Virus record (IMG/VR): IMGVR_UViG_3300023179_000031
Location: 1 to 64,000 of that record
Length of the DNA: 64,000 nucleotides
Source of the DNA: a virus
Reading direction: 5' to 3' (one strand)
This document shows positions 26,992 through 36,500 of this stretch, piece by piece. The notes under the pieces are model-generated. The model did no database searches. It was not told the origin of the DNA and saw nothing but the letters and a program-made list of their open reading frames with translations. Both the position numbers and the translations under genes were made by a program. Within the stretch, counting starts at the first letter, position 1. The number at the start of each line of letters is the position of its first letter.

Positions 26992-27395
26992 GCATTATAG
27001 ATCAATCATTAGACATAGCGTTATCATTGTTACCAAAAGCCAAAGAGGCACGAAGTACAAAGAATAAATTCTTTCATTTTGCTTTTGGGTTTAGAAAAAG
27101 CAAGCTGTTAGCAATAGGTCAAAATAATCCAGAAAAAACCCATACTCAAGCATTGCTGTTATCTAAAAGATTTAATCTTGATACTGACTACCCATATTTT
27201 CATGCTGAGACAGATTTAATATCTAGGCTTTGGGGAAAATACTATATAGATAGCAGTATGAAAATGGTTATAATAAGGTTAAACAAGCGTGGGCAATTAA
27301 GGTGCAGCAAGCCTTGCGAAAGGTGTGATCAAATTCTTCAATCTTTAGGTATAAATAAAATCTGGTGGAGCATAGACAATGGATTCAACAAATAA
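26988..27395 (+). CDS. Divergent cytidine-deaminase-fold protein
   Basis: HAE...SKPCERC Zn motif. Confidence 0.8.
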   Translation: MSIIDQSLDIALSLLPKAKEARSTKNKFFHFAFGFRKSKLLAIGQNNPEKTHTQALLLSKRFNLDTDYPYFHAETDLISRLWGKYYIDSSMKMVIIRLNKRGQLRCSKPCERCDQILQSLGINKIWWSIDNGFNK

Positions 27396-27921
27396 CTTAA
27401 AGGGTATGCGTACTTATTTGATTGGTGCCATGGATAGAGTTCCAGATGGTGGCATTCAATGGAGACAAAAAATTACGCCAGAGCTAAAGAAAATGAATAT
27501 TGGAGTACTTGACCCATGCGATAAACCAATTCATTCAATTAAAGAAGACGAAGAAGCTAGATGGTGGATAGACTATTATAAGGAAACGAAGCAATACAAC
27601 AAGATAAGAAATATCTACGGCTCAATACGCAATGCCGATCTTCGATGCGTTGATGTTTCTGACTTTTTAATAGCACATATTGACTTGAATGTTCATGCTT
27701 GTGGTACTTATGAAGAAATAGTAACAGCTAATAGACAGAAAAAACCAATTTTGATTTGGTGCGAGCAAGGAAAAAATAATGCTCCAAACTGGTTATTTTT
27801 CATGTTAGATCATGAGCATATATTTGGATCTATGGAAGAAATTATTGGTTATTTACAGTATATTAACTCTGTAGAAGATAAAACTAAACTAAAAAGATGG
27901 TTTTTTTTTAAGGAATTGTGA
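27379..27921 (+). CDS. Nucleoside 2-deoxyribosyltransferase-like nucleotide hydrolase
   Basis: YLIGAM...WR...LDP...DLRCVDVSD...GTYEEI...KPI pattern. Confidence 0.75.
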   Translation: MDSTNNLKGMRTYLIGAMDRVPDGGIQWRQKITPELKKMNIGVLDPCDKPIHSIKEDEEARWWIDYYKETKQYNKIRNIYGSIRNADLRCVDVSDFLIAHIDLNVHACGTYEEIVTANRQKKPILIWCEQGKNNAPNWLFFMLDHEHIFGSMEEIIGYLQYINSVEDKTKLKRWFFFKEL

Positions 27922-27925
27922 TGCA

Positions 27926-28648
27926 ATGCACTTTGATAATATTACATTAGTGACTATAATGGGACTGCCAAATCATGCATATCAAACATCTTTGGCATTA
28001 AAAAAATGTTTAAGTCAAGCAAGTTTCAAAGATATAAAAATCATTTCATGCTCAGACATACCAGATTGTAAAATCCCAATTATTAAAATACCAATAACTA
28101 CTAGAGAATCTTATAGTGAATTTTTTGTTCATTACTTAAAAAATTATATTGAGACTGAATTTTGTTTAACTTTTCAACAAGATGGATTTATCATCGATGC
28201 TAATTTTTGGACAGACGAGTTTTTAAACTACGATTATATTGGTGCGCCTTGGTTAATGTCAGATTTTGATTTGCAAAATATTAGACAGAATAAGCCATTT
28301 AATCTAGTTGGTAATGGCGGATTCTCTTTACGAAGCAAAAAATACTTGCAAGATGCATCAACTATTAAGTATAATCCTAGAGTAAAATTTCAAACGCATT
28401 TAAGTGCTGGAGAATTAGCAACTCCAGAAGATTGGTTTATATGCTCATACAATTATGCTAAGACTTTGGAGATGGGAATTAAATACCCAAGCGTAAAACT
28501 GGCATATAGATTTTCTGTTGAGCATCCATCAACGCATAAGCCTTTTGATAGAAATAATATAGACACATATCAATCTTTTGGGTTTCATGGATCATTTAAT
28601 GTTGCCGCTATGAAACTATTAGAAAAGGAAATAATATGCAATCAATAA
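27926..28648 (+). CDS. DUF5672-like protein, putative glycosyltransferase fold
   Basis: QQDGF...FLNYDYIGAPW...VGNGGFSLRSKK...ED...FS.E...FGFH. Confidence 0.8.
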   Translation: MHFDNITLVTIMGLPNHAYQTSLALKKCLSQASFKDIKIISCSDIPDCKIPIIKIPITTRESYSEFFVHYLKNYIETEFCLTFQQDGFIIDANFWTDEFLNYDYIGAPWLMSDFDLQNIRQNKPFNLVGNGGFSLRSKKYLQDASTIKYNPRVKFQTHLSAGELATPEDWFICSYNYAKTLEMGIKYPSVKLAYRFSVEHPSTHKPFDRNNIDTYQSFGFHGSFNVAAMKLLEKEIICNQ

Positions 28649-29709
28649 ATATCGTATCTCCTATTAACCAGCTAGGATATGGTGTTGCATCGCTAAACAT
28701 TGTAAAGCGAATGGCAGCAAAAAGATATACATCATTATGGTGCCTTGGTCAACCTCAAGTTACTAATCAAGAAGATGCCAATATTATATCTCAATGCCTT
28801 AAAAATGCTAGTTTCTTAGACTTTAATGCGCCATGTATTAAGATATGGCATCAGCATGATATGGCTCAATTCGCTGGAAAAGGACGCAGGATTGGATTTC
28901 CAATCTTTGAGTTGGACGAGTTTAGTAAACTAGAAAAACATCACTTAAATTCAGTAGATGATATGTTTGTTTGTTCAAATTGGGCTAAAAATGTGGCAAT
29001 CAATAATCTTAATCTACCTAAAGATAATATACATGTAATACCACTAGGTGTAGATTTGTCTATTTTCAAACCAGAAAACCCTAATAACACTGGTAAAACA
29101 ATCTTTTTCAACTGCGGCAAGTGGGAAATTAGGAAAGGACACGATGTTATACCGGAAATCTTTTCTAAAGCTTTTAATGAAGATGATGATGTTGAACTAT
29201 GGATGATGTGCCAAAACCCATTTCTAAAACCAGATGATGAAATGGCTTGGAAGAATCTATATCTAAAATCTAAATTAGCTAGTAAAATTAGGTTTATAGA
29301 TAGAGTTAATACCCAAGAAGAAGTGTATAATATAATGCGTCAAACCGATTGCGGGATATTTCCAGCAAGAGCGGAGGGATGGAATTTGGAGTTATTGGAA
29401 ATGATGGCTTGCGGTAAACACACGATAGCCACAAGCTACGCTGCCCACACAGAATTCTGTAATACAGACAATTGTAATCTTATAAGTGTTGATAATTACG
29501 AAACTGCATATGACGGCCAGTGGTTTCATGGCGCTCACGGCAAGTGGGCAACGCTGGGTAAAAACCAAATAGATCAAGCTATAGAACATTGTAGAGCTAT
29601 CCATTCTTTAAAACAATCTGGCAATCTTGGCCAAAACACTGCTGGAATTACCACATCTTCCGATTTTACTTGGGATAACTCTATAAATAATATACTACAA
29701 CATGTTTGA
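28636..29709 (+). CDS. GT-B (GT4-like) glycosyltransferase
   Basis: VIPLGVD, GKWEIRKG and EGWNLELLEMMACG (E-x7-E). Confidence 0.88.
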   Translation: MQSINIVSPINQLGYGVASLNIVKRMAAKRYTSLWCLGQPQVTNQEDANIISQCLKNASFLDFNAPCIKIWHQHDMAQFAGKGRRIGFPIFELDEFSKLEKHHLNSVDDMFVCSNWAKNVAINNLNLPKDNIHVIPLGVDLSIFKPENPNNTGKTIFFNCGKWEIRKGHDVIPEIFSKAFNEDDDVELWMMCQNPFLKPDDEMAWKNLYLKSKLASKIRFIDRVNTQEEVYNIMRQTDCGIFPARAEGWNLELLEMMACGKHTIATSYAAHTEFCNTDNCNLISVDNYETAYDGQWFHGAHGKWATLGKNQIDQAIEHCRAIHSLKQSGNLGQNTAGITTSSDFTWDNSINNILQHV

Positions 29710-30082
29710 TTTCTTATTCAAAAAAGATAAACAAGAACCAATTGAACCTCCACAAGAAGAGGATAATAATATATTGGCATCTATTACATATCATATTCTA
29801 GATGACGCAAATGAAACGCCTATGATAGATATAGCATTAAGCGATTATGATTCAAAATCACTTAACGCTCTATGCAAAATCTTAGACATATTAAGTCAAG
29901 ATTCAAGCTATTTAGAAACACTAGAGATGGTAAAAAATGGACTTATTAAAGAGGGACAAGAAGAAGCACTCATTAAAGTATTTACACACATTAGTGAGCA
30001 GGCTGGAAAAAAAATAATGCGCAGTAGTAAGGAGAGTATGAAGGACGAACCTTGTATCAAGCCTTCCGATATGCTAAGATAG
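29702..30082 (+). CDS. Hypothetical protein
   Basis: Coupled ORF. Confidence 0.65.
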   Translation: MFDFLFKKDKQEPIEPPQEEDNNILASITYHILDDANETPMIDIALSDYDSKSLNALCKILDILSQDSSYLETLEMVKNGLIKEGQEEALIKVFTHISEQAGKKIMRSSKESMKDEPCIKPSDMLR

Positions 30083-30096
30083 CAAAGGAGTCTGCT

Positions 30097-30552
30097 GTGA
30101 AGAAAAAACTGAAGATTGGCTGGCAAAAGTACGAAGATCTTATAGAAAAACAAATTTCTTCTCCGCTCATTCACACACTTATGGAAAACATAATGAGTCA
30201 AATGATTGACTCTATTCCTACAGATGAAGGTGTAGATGAAGATGATGAAATTAGTGAAAAGACTCATAACATGATGCCTCCACCAATGATGATCCCAATG
30301 TCGCAACAACTCATAGAAGACATATCAATGTTGTCTAACTTTGATTGTTGGATTGGACATACAAATTTTGATATTACACATAGAATCAAAGATAAGCTAA
30401 ATGAAATAGATGGTGTTGAGATATTGAAAATCTGTAGTCGTTACAGATTCTTTATAGGCATCGGGCAAATGTTTAATTTTGCAGATGTAAGAAAAAGTAT
30501 TGAAAATGAACTAATTACTAAAGGGGAAACTTATGATAGAGGAAAAGATTGA
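30097..30552 (+). CDS. Hypothetical protein
   Basis: AAGGAG before GTG30097; WIGHTNFDIT...GVE.L...SRYRF motif. Confidence 0.65.
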   Translation: MKKKLKIGWQKYEDLIEKQISSPLIHTLMENIMSQMIDSIPTDEGVDEDDEISEKTHNMMPPPMMIPMSQQLIEDISMLSNFDCWIGHTNFDITHRIKDKLNEIDGVEILKICSRYRFFIGIGQMFNFADVRKSIENELITKGETYDRGKD

Positions 30553-31012
30553 TGTTAAAATTGAAAAGGCTCTACAGGACAAAGATATTACTAATATCAT
30601 GCATAAGGCAGCTAGAAGATTCAGAAATCAGCTAGATAAAGATACTATTTATACATGCCAGCTTAATGCTTTGTGGAAGGCTTTTTTGAATTTTAAGCCA
30701 GAGAAGAATACGAAATTTACTACATATTTATTCAATGGGGTATTTATTGAGTGCCTAAAAGAGATTAAGTTTAAGAATAAGTCTAGTAAATGTAAGCATA
30801 AACTACATGATAATATGGCTCAAAATAATGAGCGATATTTGATGATAGACATACTAGATGAGATTACCAATGATGAAGATAGACAGTTGCTACTTGATAA
30901 AATTAGCAATATGACTATTCAAGAAATGGCAAATAAAAGGAATATTAGCCGTGAAACGGTAAGAAAGAAGCTTAAAAAATTGACCAAAAACTTCCAGCGA
31001 AAATTCCTTTAA
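30533..31012 (+). CDS. Compact sigma70-family factor (regions 2 and 4)
   Basis: ALWKA..NFKPEKNTKFTTY (region 2.3-like); MTIQEMANKRNISRETVRK (region 4 HTH). Confidence 0.8.
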   Translation: MIEEKIDVKIEKALQDKDITNIMHKAARRFRNQLDKDTIYTCQLNALWKAFLNFKPEKNTKFTTYLFNGVFIECLKEIKFKNKSSKCKHKLHDNMAQNNERYLMIDILDEITNDEDRQLLLDKISNMTIQEMANKRNISRETVRKKLKKLTKNFQRKFL

Positions 31013-31013
31013 A

Positions 31014-31025
31014 GTGTATAATTTA
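31014..31025 (+). promoter_or_regulatory. Candidate late promoter
   Basis: GTGTATAATTTA at the head of the structural module; no good -35 element. Confidence 0.45.
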
Positions 31026-31089
31026 TTAGGACTAGGACTTTTACAGGATGCGGACTCACCATTTCGTTTTAATTTAGGGAGAATATACA

Positions 31090-31725
31090 ATGGCAAGTAC
31101 AACTGTAAAAGGTTCTGGTAAGAAAAACAACGGTGGAACAATAGTCAATGCTGGCAACGTAGCCTCCAACAGTCCCGTTACTAGTGTAATCGGTTTAAAT
31201 GAGCTTCACGCCAATGCAGACTATGGTTCTAAGGTAGTAGCCAATGATGGCACAGGTGGCTCCACAAGCGATCCTTGGGGTGTTACTAAGGCTCTTTCAA
31301 GCGGTACTTTAGCTTATTTCCCCAGCGCAGCCGCTGGCGAAAGAAACTTTATTGTTAAGTGTGCTGGCGACAGTGCAGCCAAGATTAACAACATAGCAAC
31401 AGATATGCTCAACGTTCCCGGCGCTGAGTATGACGGTGTTAATCGCTCATCTATTCATAAGCTAGTTAAGACTCGTAGACTTGGTTCTGATGCCGATGCT
31501 ACATTTAATATCCTAGCTAGACCATCTACACAGGTTGTTCCCGGCAGAACAAAGGGTACTGGCGCTGGTAGTGCAAGCAATTTCGTTCAAATCGACGGTT
31601 CTACCGCCGCTGTGGACGGTGCAGCAACACTAACCAGATCAGTTCCCGGCGAGCTTACATACATGTTTGGAGCAATTAAGCCAGTTAATGTGGCTTACAA
31701 GGCCAAAGATAGCTACGAAGCTTAA
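31090..31725 (+). CDS. Putative virion structural protein
   Basis: G/A/S/T-rich composition; GGGAG RBS; followed by a terminator. Confidence 0.55.
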   Translation: MASTTVKGSGKKNNGGTIVNAGNVASNSPVTSVIGLNELHANADYGSKVVANDGTGGSTSDPWGVTKALSSGTLAYFPSAAAGERNFIVKCAGDSAAKINNIATDMLNVPGAEYDGVNRSSIHKLVKTRRLGSDADATFNILARPSTQVVPGRTKGTGAGSASNFVQIDGSTAAVDGAATLTRSVPGELTYMFGAIKPVNVAYKAKDSYEA

Positions 31726-31750
31726 TTTGTTTCTTTATCAGCACTTATTG

Positions 31751-31783
31751 GGGATAGACGCTCTTTTTGGGCGTCTATCTTCC
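31751..31783 (+). terminator. Hairpin terminator
   Basis: GATAGACGCTC / GGGCGTCTATC. Confidence 0.55.
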
Positions 31784-31803
31784 AGTACCACAAAGGGTAA
31801 AAA

Positions 31804-32406
31804 ATGCTAGATCACTTGCTCAAAGTAGATCCAGAATTGTTAACATTTCTTGTTAGTATCTTTGGCGCTGTGGGAACTTTTTTAAGTTTGGTTTGGGTTA
31901 GACTAATCAAACCAGTTATTAAAGTAGTAAATACTCATGAGCAAGTAGTCCAATCTATGGAAGTAATTCGTAAAGAATTAACTACCAATGGTGGAAATAG
32001 CATAAAAGACGCAATAATTGATTTGCGTACTACTTGTCATAGGATGGAAACAAGGCAAAAAGTTATAGAACAACGAACAAAAGCATCTCTACATTATAGC
32101 CAAGCCGCCCTATTTGAAACTGACAATGAGGGGCGTTTAGTTTGGAGTAATGTTAATTTTTGTGAATTTATGAAAGATATCTCCTCTAATTTAGAGGGTT
32201 ATGATTGGTTGAATTGCATAGACGAAGAAGACAGAGAAGACCTTTTACAAGAATTCAAATCTTGCCTACATCTTAATCGTAAATTCGTCAGAATAACCAA
32301 AATGCAGAATGGTATGGTAATAAGGATGACGGGATATCCATATAGGATAAATGAAGAAAAACAAGATGGGTTTTTAGTTAGCGTTTCAGAACAAAAAGAG
32401 GTATAA
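31804..32406 (+). CDS. Membrane protein: TM, coiled coil, C-terminal PAS domain
   Basis: TM at about aa 12-35; ELTTNGGNSIKD; PAS pattern LFETDNEGRLVWSN..F...LEGYDWLNCIDEEDRE. Confidence 0.8.
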   Translation: MLDHLLKVDPELLTFLVSIFGAVGTFLSLVWVRLIKPVIKVVNTHEQVVQSMEVIRKELTTNGGNSIKDAIIDLRTTCHRMETRQKVIEQRTKASLHYSQAALFETDNEGRLVWSNVNFCEFMKDISSNLEGYDWLNCIDEEDREDLLQEFKSCLHLNRKFVRITKMQNGMVIRMTGYPYRINEEKQDGFLVSVSEQKEV

Positions 32407-32408
32407 CT

Positions 32409-32624
32409 ATGTCAGCCAAATATTCTTTAGATAGAAAAGATGCTCTTGGTTTAGTAAAGAATGCAGTTTTAGTCGGTTTAGCCGCTGTTTTAACCTATGT
32501 TGGTGAACATTTAAGTTCACTAGACTTGGGTGCAAATGGCGTACTATTAGTACCTGTGGTAACAATTGTTATCGACAGTGTTGTTAAATGGGCTAAAGGC
32601 AATGTAAAAGAGGAAGTAAAGTAA
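32409..32624 (+). CDS. Holin-like small membrane protein
   Basis: 71 aa, two hydrophobic segments, charged C-terminus. Confidence 0.55.
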   Translation: MSAKYSLDRKDALGLVKNAVLVGLAAVLTYVGEHLSSLDLGANGVLLVPVVTIVIDSVVKWAKGNVKEEVK

Positions 32625-33541
32625 TGTTTAAAACACCAAATGAGCTATTAAAAGCTTATAGAGATGGATTTAATGGCTCTTGGTGCGATCCAGAGGATGT
32701 GGCAAAACTCTTAGGGGAATTGCCACATCCATTGTTTGGAGCCGCAGCATATGGGCTATTTGGTACTGGCGAAGGCAAAATTGCTCTTCCATTCAAAAAT
32801 CTACTAAAATTCGATCCAACATTTGGACCTTCAGAAAGACAAGTTCAGGGAGACTGTGTTTCCCATGCAACACGTAATAGCGTAGACGTTACACGTAGTT
32901 GCGAAATAATAGGTGGTCAGCGAGAAGATTTCGTAGCCCGTGGAGCTACTGAGGCTATTTATGGCTCTCGCGGACACGGAGGTGAAGGTATGTCCTGTTC
33001 TGGTGCGGCGAGGTTCGTTCACCAAACTGGCGGTATTCTTCTTCGTAAAAAATATGATAAGTATGACTTGTCAGCATATAGTGCTATAGGTGGATCATGG
33101 GGCAGAAGTGGAGTTCCAGATGATCTAGTCAAAGAAGCTGTTAAACATCAAGTTAAAACAATTAGTCTAATTAATACCGTAGCCCAAGCTAGAGATGCTT
33201 TAGCTAATGGTTACTCTATTAGCGTATGTAGTAATGTTGGATTTAGTTCTCGTAGAGATAAATATGGTATAGCAAAAAGAAGTGGCTCTTGGGGTCACGC
33301 GATGGCTTGGATAGGAATGGATGATTCTCATGAAATATATAATGAAACATTATTTTTAGTCCAAAATTCGTGGGGTGTATGGAATGGCGGCGAAAAACGA
33401 CTTGATCAACCAGATGGAAGTTTTTGGATTCGACAAAGCGATGCCGAAGATATGCTATCACAAAATGGCTCTTGGGTATTTAGTGATGTAGATGGATTCC
33501 CACCACGCAAGGTTGATTGGACCATTGACGAGGTATTTTAA
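32624..33541 (+). CDS. Papain-like (C1) cysteine peptidase
   Basis: QVQGDCVSH (Gln/Cys), WGHAM (His), VQNSWG (Asn); no signal peptide. Confidence 0.85.
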   Translation: MFKTPNELLKAYRDGFNGSWCDPEDVAKLLGELPHPLFGAAAYGLFGTGEGKIALPFKNLLKFDPTFGPSERQVQGDCVSHATRNSVDVTRSCEIIGGQREDFVARGATEAIYGSRGHGGEGMSCSGAARFVHQTGGILLRKKYDKYDLSAYSAIGGSWGRSGVPDDLVKEAVKHQVKTISLINTVAQARDALANGYSISVCSNVGFSSRRDKYGIAKRSGSWGHAMAWIGMDDSHEIYNETLFLVQNSWGVWNGGEKRLDQPDGSFWIRQSDAEDMLSQNGSWVFSDVDGFPPRKVDWTIDEVF

Positions 33542-36500
33542 GTGGCATCACATTATCAAAATATGTTGTTAAGAAGAGGCGAGCTAACAGAACTAAACGC
33601 CTCTAATCCTATTCTGGCATCTGGTGAGCCAGCTTTCGCAGTAGACAGTAATACATTTAAAATTGGTAATGGTGTTGACTCTTGGCAGACTTTAGATAGG
33701 TTTGTAACAACTGGAGATATTAAAGCTACTATAGCTACTATCTCTATTCCAAGCATTGCTATAAATCAATCTCATACTATCGTTATTGATTTTGAAGGAG
33801 TAAATTTAGATGAAAAATATGCTATATTTGCATCTCCAGTATCATCTCTTCCAGACGGTTTAGTTGTTGCTTATTCTTTTGTAAATGATACAGACAAGGT
33901 GTCAATTAATATACGAAATACATCATTAGATTATATTGACGCTGGAAACGCTAATGATTCTGGAAACGCCCCATCGTCTCAATCAGTACCTAATATTGAT
34001 TTTTATGTTGTAGCATACCTAGTGCAATCTACAACGACAACAACTACAACGACAACAACTTTACCACCAGTATCAGATTCTGTATTTAGTTTTGGATACA
34101 ATGAATTTGGTCAACTTGGAGTAAATAATACAATCTCAAGAGCAGAGCCAGAACAAGTGGTTGGAAATCATACTTGGAAAACATTGTCTGCTGGTCATTA
34201 TCATAGTCTTGGTATTGATATAAATGATGATTTATATTCCTTTGGTTACAACTACTATGGTCAACTTGGACTTGGAAATTCTGGAGCTAGTACAAATAGA
34301 AAAGTTCCAACCAAAGTCTCAAGCAACTATATAGAAAATAATGTATATAGCTCTGGAGCAAAGTGGAATAAAGTTTCTGCTGGAGCTTACCACTCATTAG
34401 CAATAGATTCTGGAAATAAACTATTTGCTTTTGGGTCTAATGCTCATGGAAGTTTAGGACTTGGAGATTTATCGCCAAGAACAATTCCAACTATGGTTGG
34501 TACTAACGTTAATTATCTACCATTATCAACAGAAACTCCAGAAGAAATATCAATTATAAACAATGAGTATGTTTTTTCTGGAATTAAACAAGATTATGCT
34601 GGACAAGTAAGATATCTATTACCAAGTGGCCAATACATTATCAGCGGAGTACCAATTGAGTATCCAATCGCTGTATTAAACGCTGGTAAAACAAATCTTA
34701 TATCATATTCTGGTGAAAGTTTTGCTGGATCATCAATACTTGCTGGAACAACAGCAGATGGTATGTATAATTTCTATTATGGAAATATTTATGTTAATGT
34801 AAGTGGAAATTATGATAAGGTTAGCACTCATACTATATCTGACGGATATATGGGTGGAGAAAACATATTTTATTACGCTGATCCAGATATTGGTTGGCAA
34901 GATGTTTCCGCTGGAAACTATCACTCATTAGCTATTAAAAATGGTGAACTATATTCATTTGGACATAATACATTTGGTCAATTAGGCACCGGAGATAATG
35001 AGAATAAATATCTACCAACCAAAGTAGGAACAAAGACAAACTGGACAAAGGTTTATGCTGGTAATTATCACTCTTTAGCTATTGATAGCAGTGGAGCCTT
35101 GTGGTCTTTTGGTTCTAATAATCATGGACAATTAGGGCTTGGGGATAGTCTCAATAGAAACGTTCCCACAAAAGTAAGCGGCGTATGGCAAGCATTTGAA
35201 GATTTTAACTTCTCTAATTTATCTTCATCTAGCTCTGTGGGATTTGATGATGAGAAATTTGTCTTTAACTACTCAAATAATAAACAATATTCATACGAAG
35301 ATAGATATTTATTATCAAATGGCACGTATGTTATCAGTGGAGTTCCTAGCGGACTACCACTTGCTATTTTAAATGACGGAAAGCAGCAGCAAATTAGTTA
35401 TTCTGGCACAAATTATTATGGATCTAAAACGCTAACTGGCACAACTAACAACGGAACATACAATTTTTATTATGGCACATTAACAGTGCGTGTTAGTGGA
35501 GACTTTGAAAAAGTTAGCACACATACATATAATAGCGGATATATGGGTGGTGAAAACATATTCTACTATAATAGGCAGTTAAATTCTTGGTCAGATGCTT
35601 CTGCTGGTGTTGATTTTTCTATAGCTTTAGATCATAACAATAATCTATGGTCATTTGGTAAAAACGATCATGGCCAACTAGGTTTAAATGATGATACATC
35701 TCGTAATCTACCAGCTAAACTTCCGCTATCAAATTGGCAAAGCGTTGATGCTGGAGCAAACCACGTTCTAACTGTAAATTCAAATAAAGAGTTGTGGTCA
35801 TTTGGTGGTAATAATAATGGGCAATTGGGCCTTGGTGATCGCACAGATAGATATGAACCAACAAAAGTCAATAGTGAAATACGTTGGAGCAAACCAAAAG
35901 CTGGTGGTAATCATTCTTTAGTAACTGTATTTTCATATTATCCTTCAGCCCCAACAAATATTACAGTTAAAAATGGATCTGATGTTTCATCCGCCGGAAC
36001 AAAAGAGTTAGAAGTTTCTTGGACACTAACAACATCAGAAGAAGAAGGAATTACAAATTATATAGTTCAATATTCAACTGACGGTGGATCTCACTGGGTA
36101 ACTGTAACAAAACCAGTTTCTACAAATAAATATTTCACAGTAACCGGCCTAGAAAATGGCACAAATTATATTTTCAAAATTGCGGCAGTAAATTATTTTG
36201 GACAAGGCGCATTTAGTGTGAATAGCTCACCAAAAGCTCCTAGCGAAGTTGTTGATGCTGATTTTTGCAACGTTCTATTTCTATCACATCTAGATGGCAA
36301 TAATAATTCAGAAGTGTTTACAGATATATCTAAATATCACTGGACAGCAACAAAAGAAGGATCTGCTAAGATATCTACCAATGATAGTAAATTTGGTGGA
36401 TCTAGCGCACTATTTGATGGTATAGGTGGCTTAACGTTTGGTAGTGGTTCAGAATTTAACTTATCTGGTAATTTCACTATAGAATGCTTCTTCAGACCAG

